DNA of 64,000 bases, taken from positions 17,576 through 81,575 of the IMG/VR virus record IMGVR_UViG_3300035104_000006. One strand, given 5' to 3'. Source of the stretch: a virus. The notes beneath the pieces were generated by a model that ran no database searches, was not told the origin of the DNA, and saw only the letters and a list, made by a program, of their open reading frames with translations. The position numbers and the translations under genes were made by a program. Shown in pieces: positions 30,516-41,077 of this stretch; the first letter of the stretch is position 1; each line of letters opens with the position of its first letter.

Positions 30516-30725
30516 CTACACCTTTAATAATGAGATAGCTTTAAAATCTCTCTCTAAGCCAGAGTCTACTTTACTTGCTGATGTGGCTCCTTGTTCTACA
30601 ATTATTCTTCCCACTAAAGCTGCATATAATATCTTCTGAGTCTTTATTTTTATACTTTGTAGCACTTTTCTAGCAATAATTCTATCAGTATAAGAATAAG
30701 CCTTAATTCTAGTAGTAGTCTGCAT
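30516..30725 (-). CDS. hypothetical virion-associated protein
   Basis: Coupled ORF in tail operon. Confidence 0.5.
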   Translation of the reverse strand: MQTTTRIKAYSYTDRIIARKVLQSIKIKTQKILYAALVGRIIVEQGATSASKVDSGLERDFKAISLLKV

Positions 30726-31039
30726 TAGAAATTCTCCCTCACTTGGAAGTTTACTACCTCATAGACTATCTCTTTTCCTTCTAAATCTTCGGTGTATACT
30801 TCTCCTTCATAGTAACCTGCAGCACGTTCTGCGAGCAGATCTTTCAGTGGGAAGAGAATCTCGCCGTCTTGTGGGGTTACTATATCTGCGATAATTGTAA
30901 CTAACACAGAAGTAGTATTTCTAGCACGTACTTTCATCTTTACCTCTAACCCTGAAAGATTAACAGGGTTAGAGGTATCTTTACGTACTATAGTCATATG
31001 TAATTGAGATTTATCATCATTTGACACTAGATAATGCAT
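30725..31039 (-). CDS. BppU-N-like tail/baseplate accessory protein
   Basis: PVNLSG..V.MKVR...G.I.F...AGYYEGEV pattern. Confidence 0.55.
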   Translation of the reverse strand: MHYLVSNDDKSQLHMTIVRKDTSNPVNLSGLEVKMKVRARNTTSVLVTIIADIVTPQDGEILFPLKDLLAERAAGYYEGEVYTEDLEGKEIVYEVVNFQVRENF

Positions 31040-31053
31040 TATTTTCTCCTAAA

Positions 31054-34000
31054 TTACCCACAATGGTAGGTACATGCTATTATTTTTACTACATTGTTGT
31101 TTATCTCTTCTTGTGTCCAGACTATATCTTCTCGCGCTTTGGCTACAGTATAATTGTGAAGAAGATCGTCATCTTGTCTCATTCCTTTGCCTGGAGTTGA
31201 GCTAGAGCAAATATAATCACCTATTTCTATATTTCCACCTTCTGCGACTACATTTACACAGCCTTCACCTAAAGCATTGAAAGAAATATAATTATAATTT
31301 TCATAAATATTAAAAAACTCTTCTTGTAGTGTGCTCCAGTTCTCGTCGTTTATATTATTATAGATATACCTATATAAAGTTATAGGCATTGTTGAATACG
31401 AAAATAAATACATAAAATCAGAGAAAGAATCTTGTCTTTCAAAAGAAATTTTATCGGTAGCTTCTATTCCTACTACCTTTGAAAATACTCCAACAACCTG
31501 CTTCATTTTGGTAGCCTGAGATTCTCGTAGAGACCCTAAAGTATTAGACACTCCCACTTTAAAGAAGTTTTTAATATCGCATACTATATCCCCTTGAGAT
31601 ATATCAATACTTTTAGGCATTAAAGCATCGTGCGACCCTGTAAATGGAGAATAGTCAGATCCAGAACCTGCAGCGTAAAAATTGTGATCTGAGCCGTACG
31701 CTATAAAACCGTATCTAGCTGTGGACATAACTCCCACATATCCGTCCCCATAAGTGCTTGAGTTAGTTGTTGCTCTAATAGCAATAGCTTGACTTACATG
31801 AGAGTTATAATTTTGAACCTCTACAGTTGGGTATGCATCGTCATTACTAGACTCTACCCATAAAGACCTACCTCTAGTATACTCACTATAACCTATTCTA
31901 GCTGCAGTCCTCTCGCTCGGAGAAGACCCATCATTATTAGTGTCTTCTAAACCTAAACTGGCTATTGGAACTACATCATTGTTTAAATTACTGTCTCCAG
32001 AATACCCATAAACTCTTATCTTCTGAGTTCTTTCATCAATTACTATATTAGGAGCTAAAGGAATGACAGCAGTTAACTTACTAAAAGGGCCAAATGTGTC
32101 AACGGAAGATATACCATATAAGTAGTTAGAGGAGCTACTTTTACCAGTCCATTCAAAAAATTTAGGAACATCATCGTCTATAACATAGCCATTACCACTA
32201 GTTGGGAAATCTTCTACACTATTTAGGTACATGATAGTATCCCCAGCCTCTACAGGAGTAGTTATATATCCACCTTTATTTAAATGAGTAGAAGCACTTA
32301 CTTGAATACCTCGTAGTACCCCCGTATTTATATTATCTGCCGTGATCAATGATGCGTTAATAAACCCGCCAGATATTAGGGTATTTCCATTCGCTTGTGC
32401 GTTATCTATACTTGCCCCTAAATTCAATTGTGTTTGTGTAACATCAGCATTATCGTGAGGTTTAGTTCCAGTCTCATCTCCTATTGCAGCCCATTGAGTT
32501 GGGTTTTCTACACTAATCCACGAACTACCTGACCACCAATAAGGCTTGTTCTCGTCATTAGTATCATACCATAGATCACCTTTACCTTCTGGAGTAGGAG
32601 CAGTATCTTGATAAAAACTAACTATTTTACCATCAGCAGTAGACTGAGCAGTTGAAGCAGCACTTAATGCACTTTGTATATCATCATCTTGAACTTCTAA
32701 CCAACTAGACCCTGACCATCTGAATAACTTATTTCCGTTATCTGTATCTATCCACAAATCACCAACACCCTCAGCAGTAGGGGTATTAGCCTGATAAAAT
32801 GTAGTAACTTTACCATCAGCAGTTGCTTGAGCATTATTAGCGGCTGTTTGAGCATTTGTTATATCTTGTAATACTGTAGCAGCAGGTGTCCCATCTATAT
32901 TATAAACATCATTGGCGGTGTTTTCGCTAGTAACATCAGCTCCATTAGCTACATTTATATCACTTCGTACCTCAGAAGCATTGCCTACATATATATTTCC
33001 ACGAACTATTGCATTATTAAGTTCTGCCGTACCATCGGCATTAATACTCCACCCCTTTGTACCGGCATTATATGTATAGGAACGAATTAATGAACTTGTA
33101 TGAGAACTGTCTCCAACTGTAAGATAGCTTCCCACAGTAAGATTATTAGTTAAAGTATCATCAGCTACTAAAGAGTCAGCAGCTACAGTACCTTTTACTA
33201 ATAAAGATCCATCAATAGTTTCTACTACTATAGATGACCAGTCAGTACTATAAAAAGAGTCAGTGGATACCTTTGTGTCACCTTGATAAATTCTTTGCGC
33301 TATAATATCAGGATTAGTACTGCTCTGTACAGTTACTCTATCCCCAGGCACTATATTATTATCAGGATTTTCACTAGAATCTATAACTAATTGAGCTACG
33401 CTATTTGATGTAGTATCTGTTATACTATCACTGGCCCAATCTGAAGCAACACTATCAGAAGCTTCTATAGAATAGCTAACTCCCCCTCTTCTCCCTATAT
33501 AATTCTTTGCAAAGTAAAAGTAATAAGTAGCTGCATTAGTAGTACCTTCTAAGTATACTTTAATAGGCAAATACCCACTATCTGCACTAACTGATTCAAT
33601 ATACGCAGTATTATCATCTTTTAAAGCCCCAGTACAACCTACACCAGTCAATACTTCGATACTAAACTCATCGAAACCCGGAGGGTAAGGTACGGCTAAT
33701 AACTCTGCCCCTTCTTTTATAACAGAAACATCTGTAAACGCTTTACCGTTTATTCCTAATTCATTAGCTACAGGTGTTCCTTTCCAATCACAAAATATTT
33801 GCTGTGTAGATTTGGAGAGAACTATAGTATACCCTGTAGGTCCATTTCTTACTGCCTTAACAACAACTGGAGAAGACTCTAATATAGATACTTCTGTAGT
33901 ACCGTCTAATTTATACGCAGTTGATACAGCAGTAATAGGAAAAGTATCGTAATTACCTAATGTTTCTGTAACCTCAAATACTCCTGAGGATACATTAGTC

Positions 34001-35787
34001 ATGTCGTAACTATTTATGTTCCCTAATGCATCTGTTATTTCTATACTAACCCCTTCATGGGCCGGCATGTCTGTTACAGTAGCGGTGAACCTGATACTAG
34101 GAATTGAAGGGCTACTTTCATTTATATAAGGTACTATTAAGTCAGAACTCTCTAGTAATATACTTTTATTAGGAGTTAAACTATCTTCTGTAGGTATTTC
34201 CCAATAATCTTCTTCAGTATCGACATCAGGAGCTATAATACTCGGGTTTGTAGAGTCAAAATCTAAAGGATCATTAATAAATTTACTAGCTTCTATATTT
34301 ATAGATAAATCTTTATTATATGTGACAGAGCTAATCAGAACTTTTTTAGTGTTACCATACAATTCATCATTTAACTCTAAAAAATCCCCTACTTTTACAT
34401 TTAGGAGATCGTTTCTTGGAACTAGTTGAAATGACACACTACCTTCTATATCAAACTCTTTATTATAATAAATTATTCCTAGTTTTTGAGCTACTACTGA
34501 GTCTCTTAAATAAGTCAAATCTAGTACATTTGAGGATGGATTACTAACATCTGATGCACTACTCTGTGTACTTTTACTCCATACTAAAGCTTCTGAAGGT
34601 CTATCTTGAGGTATATCTTCATTTAAGCTAAACTTAATGTACCCTCCATCAGATGCTTTTATCCATGAAGGTCTAGAGCTAAAAGAGTTTTTAACTATAT
34701 CTGTCCTTGTTAAGGATTTTACTACATCAGTAGAGTATGGGTATAACTCAACCTTATCTGTAATCCTAAGTGTAGCATTGCATTGTGTTAATAATGAAGA
34801 TAATCTAGCTCTTCTGTCTATTTGATTATAAAAACCACCGTTCCAGTAAATTCCTTGACTTTCAAAAGTAGTCTTACTTGTAGCAAAAGTTCCTGCTGTA
34901 TCAATTAAGCTTTCAGGTACCCCACAATCTTTTAAGAATTTAGTGATTACATCCACAGGAGAAGCTCCAGGTGAAGTAAAAGGAAGTTCTGTAGAAGTTA
35001 CTCTAGTAGGCATATCTAAAAAGAAGTCACCGTCTTTCCAGAGACCATTAGCATCTACTTCATTATCCCCATCACTATCTGCAATAATAGCCTGAAATAC
35101 TTTATACCCGTCAGATATAGATTGAGGGAAGTTATAAGTGCTGTCCCAGGTTGACTGATTAGGCCATTCCTTAGGAGAAGCCACTTTATCAATCGTATAG
35201 GTAAATGAACTATCTCCTAGAGCATAGTATCTTTTTCCATCACTAAACACTGATCTAAGAGGTATAAATGCTTTACCAAAAATTTGAGGTATAACATAAT
35301 CATCTGACCTCTCAGTCTCTACTTTCCACACTTCTCTTGGGTGTAAGGTATTTGGGTGATCTCCTTCAAGATAGGTAGTAAGTATATTTTCCAAGTAAAA
35401 AGTTCCAGTTTTATAATACTGCTCTACCTTTTTAACTTTAAACTTCCATGTAGTATGTAAAGACCTATCAATCAACAGTTTTATAGTGACAGGCACAAAA
35501 GAGAACTTACTCTCTATAAGACCGTTATGTTCATCTAATAGATCCTCTTCAAGAGATAAGTTGTAAGAATCCTCACCCTTTACTATAGCATCAGTAAATA
35601 AAACTGTAAAATTAATATCGGCTGGATGTATAATAGCGTTGGAGTCTGAGGCAGCCTCATTTATTCCACTAAAAGAGGAGGGGTCTATAATACCTTCATA
35701 GTATGTACCTTGAAACTCTGTGTCTGCGGTACTCCAATTATATAATGTATCTTGAGTTTCTACCTCAAACAACCATTCAACTAACAT
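31054..35787 (-). CDS. large tail tip/central fibre protein (1577 aa) with duplicated ADGK..FYQ..PT.EG.GDLW.DT repeats and C-terminal peptidase-G2-like chaperone domain
   Basis: Size, beta-rich composition, internal repeat, FTGSH...NALGEG...GD.I.SS..PG.GM.Q.DD tail. Confidence 0.75.
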   Translation of the reverse strand: MLVEWLFEVETQDTLYNWSTADTEFQGTYYEGIIDPSSFSGINEAASDSNAIIHPADINFTVLFTDAIVKGEDSYNLSLEEDLLDEHNGLIESKFSFVPVTIKLLIDRSLHTTWKFKVKKVEQYYKTGTFYLENILTTYLEGDHPNTLHPREVWKVETERSDDYVIPQIFGKAFIPLRSVFSDGKRYYALGDSSFTYTIDKVASPKEWPNQSTWDSTYNFPQSISDGYKVFQAIIADSDGDNEVDANGLWKDGDFFLDMPTRVTSTELPFTSPGASPVDVITKFLKDCGVPESLIDTAGTFATSKTTFESQGIYWNGGFYNQIDRRARLSSLLTQCNATLRITDKVELYPYSTDVVKSLTRTDIVKNSFSSRPSWIKASDGGYIKFSLNEDIPQDRPSEALVWSKSTQSSASDVSNPSSNVLDLTYLRDSVVAQKLGIIYYNKEFDIEGSVSFQLVPRNDLLNVKVGDFLELNDELYGNTKKVLISSVTYNKDLSINIEASKFINDPLDFDSTNPSIIAPDVDTEEDYWEIPTEDSLTPNKSILLESSDLIVPYINESSPSIPSIRFTATVTDMPAHEGVSIEITDALGNINSYDMTNVSSGVFEVTETLGNYDTFPITAVSTAYKLDGTTEVSILESSPVVVKAVRNGPTGYTIVLSKSTQQIFCDWKGTPVANELGINGKAFTDVSVIKEGAELLAVPYPPGFDEFSIEVLTGVGCTGALKDDNTAYIESVSADSGYLPIKVYLEGTTNAATYYFYFAKNYIGRRGGVSYSIEASDSVASDWASDSITDTTSNSVAQLVIDSSENPDNNIVPGDRVTVQSSTNPDIIAQRIYQGDTKVSTDSFYSTDWSSIVVETIDGSLLVKGTVAADSLVADDTLTNNLTVGSYLTVGDSSHTSSLIRSYTYNAGTKGWSINADGTAELNNAIVRGNIYVGNASEVRSDINVANGADVTSENTANDVYNIDGTPAATVLQDITNAQTAANNAQATADGKVTTFYQANTPTAEGVGDLWIDTDNGNKLFRWSGSSWLEVQDDDIQSALSAASTAQSTADGKIVSFYQDTAPTPEGKGDLWYDTNDENKPYWWSGSSWISVENPTQWAAIGDETGTKPHDNADVTQTQLNLGASIDNAQANGNTLISGGFINASLITADNINTGVLRGIQVSASTHLNKGGYITTPVEAGDTIMYLNSVEDFPTSGNGYVIDDDVPKFFEWTGKSSSSNYLYGISSVDTFGPFSKLTAVIPLAPNIVIDERTQKIRVYGYSGDSNLNNDVVPIASLGLEDTNNDGSSPSERTAARIGYSEYTRGRSLWVESSNDDAYPTVEVQNYNSHVSQAIAIRATTNSSTYGDGYVGVMSTARYGFIAYGSDHNFYAAGSGSDYSPFTGSHDALMPKSIDISQGDIVCDIKNFFKVGVSNTLGSLRESQATKMKQVVGVFSKVVGIEATDKISFERQDSFSDFMYLFSYSTMPITLYRYIYNNINDENWSTLQEEFFNIYENYNYISFNALGEGCVNVVAEGGNIEIGDYICSSSTPGKGMRQDDDLLHNYTVAKAREDIVWTQEEINNNVVKIIACTYHCG

Positions 35788-35862
35788 TTATTATCTCCTT
35801 TAAATTAACCTTCTATTTTTCTAATACGCTGTTAGCAATACGTAGTACAAGTAGTTAATAAA

Positions 35863-35901
35863 TTACCAACTCGTAATCGCCACACGTTCCCACGTATCAG
35901 C
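35863..35901 (-). pseudogene. relict C-terminus of a displaced tail-fibre gene (ADTWERVAITSW*)
   Basis: Out-of-frame 12-codon remnant matching the common fibre end motif TW.RVA...W*. Confidence 0.5.
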
Positions 35902-36400
35902 CGTTAAACACAGGCAACTCCGCAATCAACTCATCCACTGTATGTATTTCCCGTGTTCCTGCTTTCACGTCAGCCAGAATACCTCTTGCAGTTGTCCACA
36001 CATCTTTATTCCATTCCCACACAGAAGAGCAGAAAGCGTAATGCTCATAAGTCTCATCGTCTGCATAGCTCTTGCAGTTGTGTACGTTGTCGAAAGCCAC
36101 TTCGTTGGTCTCGTTATAATTGTCTACCTCTGCTTGTATGTATGCCGATACTGCATCTACACACTTATTACGATATTCACGTTGCTGTTGTGCCTGTAGC
36201 TGCTCGTCTAACTGCCATGAACCGTTTATGAAAACATGCGCTTCAGAAGGCTGCTGTTCAATCAACGTGCCACCATTAGCAATAAACTCTTCGTAGTCCG
36301 CCCACTCGTTGCAGTTTGGGTTTATCGCGTGGCTAATCTCTCCATCTTCGACCAGTATAACTTTGTCTGGCTTGTTTGTTGCTATGTATGTTTTTGTCAT
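35897..36400 (-). CDS. tail fibre assembly-type protein
   Basis: IN PNC.EWADY..F...GG; follows receptor-binding gene. Confidence 0.6.
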   Translation of the reverse strand: MTKTYIATNKPDKVILVEDGEISHAINPNCNEWADYEEFIANGGTLIEQQPSEAHVFINGSWQLDEQLQAQQQREYRNKCVDAVSAYIQAEVDNYNETNEVAFDNVHNCKSYADDETYEHYAFCSSVWEWNKDVWTTARGILADVKAGTREIHTVDELIAELPVFNG

Positions 36401-36452
36401 ATATTTTACTCCTATTTATTGCTTACCAGGCGCTCAACAGATTGCCAGGAAA

Positions 36453-37601
36453 TCAGATTACAAAAGCGGGGCGAAACCCGACATTGCTGTACCGAAGCGA
36501 CCGATCGTAAAGCAAGTTGAGAAAGAACACCCCGGCATACGTGCTGTGGTTCCAGTAGCCGCCGCGGATCGGGAGACGCTCCCCCACGTTGCGCACAAAT
36601 ATCTTGTCGCCTCCCAGCCCGGTACCTACGGGATACATGCCCAGCGCGATCATGAGGGCAGGCACTGAAACGCCTGTTTCGGCGGACAAGCTCTCAAAGT
36701 ACGTAATTGAGTATTCAGATCCCGTGGATTGTGAAGTCAGGGTGGTATTTAAGATCGGCGATCCTGCGCCATTTGTCCCGGTAGCGTCATATTTCAGGGT
36801 GTCGGTTGTTCCTGGCGCAACCAGAGACCCATCCTGCAAAATCGCTTTCCATTCGCTGCTGGTCGCGCTCTGGTCTTTCGTGTGGTCGGCAGCATTGTTG
36901 TCGGCAAGAATCTGAATCTCGCCGTCGTTTATCCGCATACCCCCTTGCCACTCCCACACATTACCGTGCATGTCGTGCACGCCGTGCATAGTGTGGTCGT
37001 GCGCCCATGTGGCAGGGCCGGTGCCGGTGGCGGTATGCGCTGTGCCGCTATCGCCGAGAATCGCAGCGGGATTAGTAAGCCTCCCCGTTTCGTGCTTATA
37101 GTCGATATCGCGCCCGTAGTTGTTGTTGCCATGCGGCATGGTGCCGTTCTTCCACGCCCATAATGCCAGCGCAGACCATTCAGTATTCGTGGACATATGC
37201 CAGCCATTACCTTTTGCGGCGCACGCAGCCAAAGCCTCATCGAAGTTTATAGCATTGGCAGGATCGGCGTTGGGTACAGATACGTAGTTACTCCCCTTCA
37301 CACTTGCAAGATATTGCCCGTAATAGATAGCGTCTTTTTCTACCCCGTTTACTACGAACGCGGGGTGAACGCCCGTGCCAAGCGAAGCATCAATATCCTC
37401 AAGACGGAATTTCGGTATACGCACCATACAATTAGCGTCACCGAAATCATCGTAAATTATGGGGTTTCTACGCATATCTTCCATCGAATCTATGTATTTT
37501 TTATTGTAGTAATTCTTCTTATCCTCCGTAGCCATCGTACCCAGCATACCATTAGTCGGTACATGCTCAGGCTTGCGGCCTACCTTAACTACACTGCTCA
37601 T
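36453..37601 (-). CDS. FGE-sulfatase/C-type-lectin-fold receptor-binding protein with DGR-type variable region
   Basis: WHMSTNTEWSAL, DMHGNVWEW, RGGYWN...AGVF.LN....RS....NVGFRPAF. Confidence 0.85.
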   Translation of the reverse strand: MSSVVKVGRKPEHVPTNGMLGTMATEDKKNYYNKKYIDSMEDMRRNPIIYDDFGDANCMVRIPKFRLEDIDASLGTGVHPAFVVNGVEKDAIYYGQYLASVKGSNYVSVPNADPANAINFDEALAACAAKGNGWHMSTNTEWSALALWAWKNGTMPHGNNNYGRDIDYKHETGRLTNPAAILGDSGTAHTATGTGPATWAHDHTMHGVHDMHGNVWEWQGGMRINDGEIQILADNNAADHTKDQSATSSEWKAILQDGSLVAPGTTDTLKYDATGTNGAGSPILNTTLTSQSTGSEYSITYFESLSAETGVSVPALMIALGMYPVGTGLGGDKIFVRNVGERLPIRGGYWNHSTYAGVFFLNLLYDRSLRYSNVGFRPAFVI

Positions 37602-38021
37602 TTACGCACCTCCAATCACGCCAAAGCGTTGCGGGGGAGTTACTTGTATTTGGTTGCCTTCTCCGTCATCTATCATGTAGGGAGCGGTTGAGTAGACGGA
37701 TTCGTACTTGTCGTTAAGGGCGGTGTCGTTGAAGATAGTGGAGTAAAGAGTATCTGCTGTACCCTTGCCTGTGAACGGTGCTTCCGCTAATACCTCTACA
37801 CCTTCCATGCCACGCCATTGAGTTGCTTCTTCGTCAGTTAATCTAAGATAAGCCAACATGGAGTTACCATTGATTGCTGCTGGTGTGCGGGCAATTCCAG
37901 TAACTACGGGAGGCTGGGCAATGGTACCGTCCTCGTTCTTCTTTAGTAGGTCAGGGTAGTTTGTAGCTAAGTAATCTACAAAAGTTGGGAAGTCCTGTAT
38001 GTATATAATTGCGTCAATCAT
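37602..38021 (-). CDS. hypothetical tail-associated protein
   Basis: Tightly packed in operon. Confidence 0.6.
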   Translation of the reverse strand: MIDAIIYIQDFPTFVDYLATNYPDLLKKNEDGTIAQPPVVTGIARTPAAINGNSMLAYLRLTDEEATQWRGMEGVEVLAEAPFTGKGTADTLYSTIFNDTALNDKYESVYSTAPYMIDDGEGNQIQVTPPQRFGVIGGA

Positions 38022-40796
38022 TTATTCCTCCGTGGTTAGGGCGATTAGGTTGTTATCAGTAAGTGCTTTTGGGTAGTAGGATAGGTGTCGGATGTGGCCG
38101 TTGAGTTGGTTACTTCCCATCCTATTACCAATTTCTAAAGCTGTTAATCCTTGAGGTATTCCAGTAGGGATATCGGTCTGCAAATCTCCAACATTTCCCA
38201 TGACACTAAATAAATCATTTGTAACCTTAAAGGCAATATTCCTCACCTGTCCTGCTGTTCCACTAGTTGATGTTATATACACATCGCAAGCATTATTATA
38301 TTCAGAGTTTAGGTATCTTTTATACCCTCCACGAAGTTGTAACAAGATTGCGCTAGTTAAAACATTATAGTCACTCAGAACTACAAGATTTTGATAATTA
38401 TCAGAATCAAAACTTGATGCCTCAACAACAACCGTCCCCTCATTCTGATTATAAAAATCACTGAAGTCAGTGCCACCAATATAAGCAACATCCGCTGCAC
38501 GAGTCGTAGCCGTTGAGGTGCTGATGTCTGCTGCACGGGTTACTGGTGCTGAGGTTGTTGGGATGTAGGATGATAAATAACCTTCTGTTAAGTTTGCTCC
38601 CCAGATATACAGAGACTCCCCATTAGCAGCGGTTATAGACCCCACAGCAACTACGGCGGTAAAATCTAATAAATCATAGGTTATGGTAGCTTCTGTAGTA
38701 AATGTAACCCAACATCTATACCACCCATTACCGACATAAAACATGCCAGCATCGTCTTGTGTATCCGTATCGAATGTGAAATTTCCTGTAAGGCAGTCAA
38801 ATGTACCGCCATCATTTGAGGCTGAATCTTGAAAGGTTCTTATTCTTAAAAACTCAATAGATCCCTTTTTAGCAAATATACTGGCAGTGTATCTAGTATT
38901 TACGCTTTTAACTGTATTAGCTCTTAAGTAAACACCTGATGGGGCAACTATGTTTAATAAGTCAGCAGTTTTAGTCCCATCAGGTGCAGTTAGTACATCT
39001 GCATCTATTGTGACTCCACCTTTACCCCAAGCCGCATTATCAAACTCTTCCGAGTAAGTAAGTAGGTTAGTAGCAGCCGTATGCTCCAACAACAACGTAG
39101 CAGGAGCAGTTAAATCAGCGAGGTTATACGTATAACGTGCCTCATCAACTGCTGCTGTTTGCATTACACCATCAGCGTCAAAGTAAGTTGCTGTAGAAGC
39201 ACGAGAGGTGAAGGATATGTCCGAAGGTATATAGGGTGAAGGGGAGGAGCCTTCTTCTAGTTGGGCTCCCCAGATGTAGATGCCGGAGGTGCCGTCGCCT
39301 GTGTAAGTTAGATTGTCACTTGCAGAGTTTATTAATTGAACTCTTGCTCTATGATCTGTACATGCTGCTGTAGTTGTATAAGTAACCCAACATCTACGCC
39401 AACCATCAAGGAGTATGTCCATCCCTGCGTTTGTTATAAGTACATTAGTTGTTGCTAGTGGCCCAACATTTAAATCAAATTTGATAATAGATGTTGAACT
39501 AATCTCCCCAATATGTACAGGTCGGATTACCACATAATCACCAGAGTTACCCTTCTTAACGTATAACGACTTGGTAAATGTTCCCTCAGTTTGTGTCAGT
39601 ATCTGCTCCATATAATGTTCTGCATTGTCAGTATTATCAACCAGCTTATCTGCTGTCAACGTCCCATCTGGAGCAACTGCTGTGTTTGGTTCTATAGTTG
39701 AATTAGTCCTCCCCCAAACCCCATTCCCAAAGTCCTCACTATAAGTAAGTAAATTAGTCCTGCTCTCCCAGATACTAAGCCCTTTACACTCGCCTGTCAC
39801 AGGGTCGTGGTCGATAGTGGGTTCGTCTACATCTGCGTAACAGAGCCTACATTTGTGGTCGTAGTAAGACTTATTAGATGCACGACTAAAGGTGATACGT
39901 GGGTCTATCTCTTTGCTGTAGAAGTCGAGTAAAAGAGATGGGCGGATGCTAGGGTATTCGAGCATCCCGTACATAGCCAACCAATCACTAGATGATGTTG
40001 TGGGTTCACTAGTTGTTACGTCGGTTAGGTTATTTAATAAAGTCCACATTATACCGTTATGATAGACGGATGCTGGGATTGAGAGAGAGCCTGTTAGGTT
40101 ACTCCAGATACCTGCGTAGTTAGCAGAAGAAGCTGCTGCCTGTTCTGATTGGCTTGCGGAAGTAGCAGATGATGCAGCTTCGTCTGCTGAAGTTGAGGCG
40201 GAAGAAGCTGAGGAAGCAGCATTTTGGCTATAGCCTAGGGCGTCAGCTTCGTAGGAGGCTGCGTTGGATGCAGATGCAGATGCGGCGGACGCACTTGCCG
40301 CCGCGTTGTCTGCATAAGTAGAGGACGCAGCAGCACTAGTTGCAGATTTATTCGCAAAGTGGAGGGAGGAATAGTCATCTACTCCGTCACCTTCAGGGAC
40401 TAGTTGGTCTTCAGGATAGTTAGCCCAGTTTTCAGCCTCCGTCGCTGAAGCAGCAGCAGGTGTTTGGTAATCATAGGCTTCTATCTTAACCCAAATTGAG
40501 CCATCGAATACGAGCCAGTTGCCGACTTCCCAATCGCTAGTTCCATCTAAGGTTGTTGTACCGGCGGTGGAAACTAGGTAATAATGTCCTGTTGCGCCGG
40601 AAGAAGAGGATAGAGTTGGGGTGTTAGTGGAGGCGTCCCAGGAGCCGGCGAAAGTTAATTGGCCGATTTGATTCTCAGTATTAACCTTACTGACAACTAA
40701 ATCACGAAGATCTTGTGCAGTTATACCTCCGATATTATTATCGGCAAATAATGACAATAATTGAGCATCTGTTCTTTGTGTATTTGCCATTATCAA
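38022..40796 (-). CDS. tail fibre/spike protein (924 aa) with two TNLLTYSE carbohydrate-binding-like repeats
   Basis: WDASTNTPTL motif, Ala/Ser heptad stretch, duplicated TNLLTYSE.F...W...APDGT.TAD domains. Confidence 0.8.
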   Translation of the reverse strand: MIMANTQRTDAQLLSLFADNNIGGITAQDLRDLVVSKVNTENQIGQLTFAGSWDASTNTPTLSSSSGATGHYYLVSTAGTTTLDGTSDWEVGNWLVFDGSIWVKIEAYDYQTPAAASATEAENWANYPEDQLVPEGDGVDDYSSLHFANKSATSAAASSTYADNAAASASAASASASNAASYEADALGYSQNAASSASSASTSADEAASSATSASQSEQAAASSANYAGIWSNLTGSLSIPASVYHNGIMWTLLNNLTDVTTSEPTTSSSDWLAMYGMLEYPSIRPSLLLDFYSKEIDPRITFSRASNKSYYDHKCRLCYADVDEPTIDHDPVTGECKGLSIWESRTNLLTYSEDFGNGVWGRTNSTIEPNTAVAPDGTLTADKLVDNTDNAEHYMEQILTQTEGTFTKSLYVKKGNSGDYVVIRPVHIGEISSTSIIKFDLNVGPLATTNVLITNAGMDILLDGWRRCWVTYTTTAACTDHRARVQLINSASDNLTYTGDGTSGIYIWGAQLEEGSSPSPYIPSDISFTSRASTATYFDADGVMQTAAVDEARYTYNLADLTAPATLLLEHTAATNLLTYSEEFDNAAWGKGGVTIDADVLTAPDGTKTADLLNIVAPSGVYLRANTVKSVNTRYTASIFAKKGSIEFLRIRTFQDSASNDGGTFDCLTGNFTFDTDTQDDAGMFYVGNGWYRCWVTFTTEATITYDLLDFTAVVAVGSITAANGESLYIWGANLTEGYLSSYIPTTSAPVTRAADISTSTATTRAADVAYIGGTDFSDFYNQNEGTVVVEASSFDSDNYQNLVVLSDYNVLTSAILLQLRGGYKRYLNSEYNNACDVYITSTSGTAGQVRNIAFKVTNDLFSVMGNVGDLQTDIPTGIPQGLTALEIGNRMGSNQLNGHIRHLSYYPKALTDNNLIALTTEE

Positions 40797-41077
40797 TTAT
40801 TCCTTTCAAGTATTCGGTCTATTGTTTTTTCCACATTTGCAACTCGTGATTTACAAACTTCTTGATCGGCTGTTATTTTTATTAATGTTGTGTTGAGATT
40901 TATTCCTATTGTTATGGCTGTGGTGGTTAAGATGATTATCGCACCACCTAGTATTCTCATAAACCAAAGATTTGCCTTATGTCTAGTTTCAAGAGTGTTT
41001 AGCCTGATTAGAACATCAGTGTGCTGAACTCCGCAAAACTGATCGTAACTGTTTTCACTATTATTCATAGACGACAA
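40793..41077 (-). CDS. single-TM holin/XhlA-like membrane protein
   Basis: C...H...RL..LE, one TM segment, RVANVEK tail. Confidence 0.5.
   Translation of the reverse strand: MSSMNNSENSYDQFCGVQHTDVLIRLNTLETRHKANLWFMRILGGAIIILTTTAITIGINLNTTLIKITADQEVCKSRVANVEKTIDRILERNN

Noticed and set aside
36236-37691. Numerous overlapping + strand ORFs in the ORF track here and in 53-55 kb
   Set aside because: Shadow ORFs from higher GC on the antisense of real genes; no RBS or motifs.
40500-40530. GGCAACTGG on the minus strand as a DGR template repeat
   Set aside because: It is in-frame fibre coding sequence (VGNW) with no extended match to the VR.
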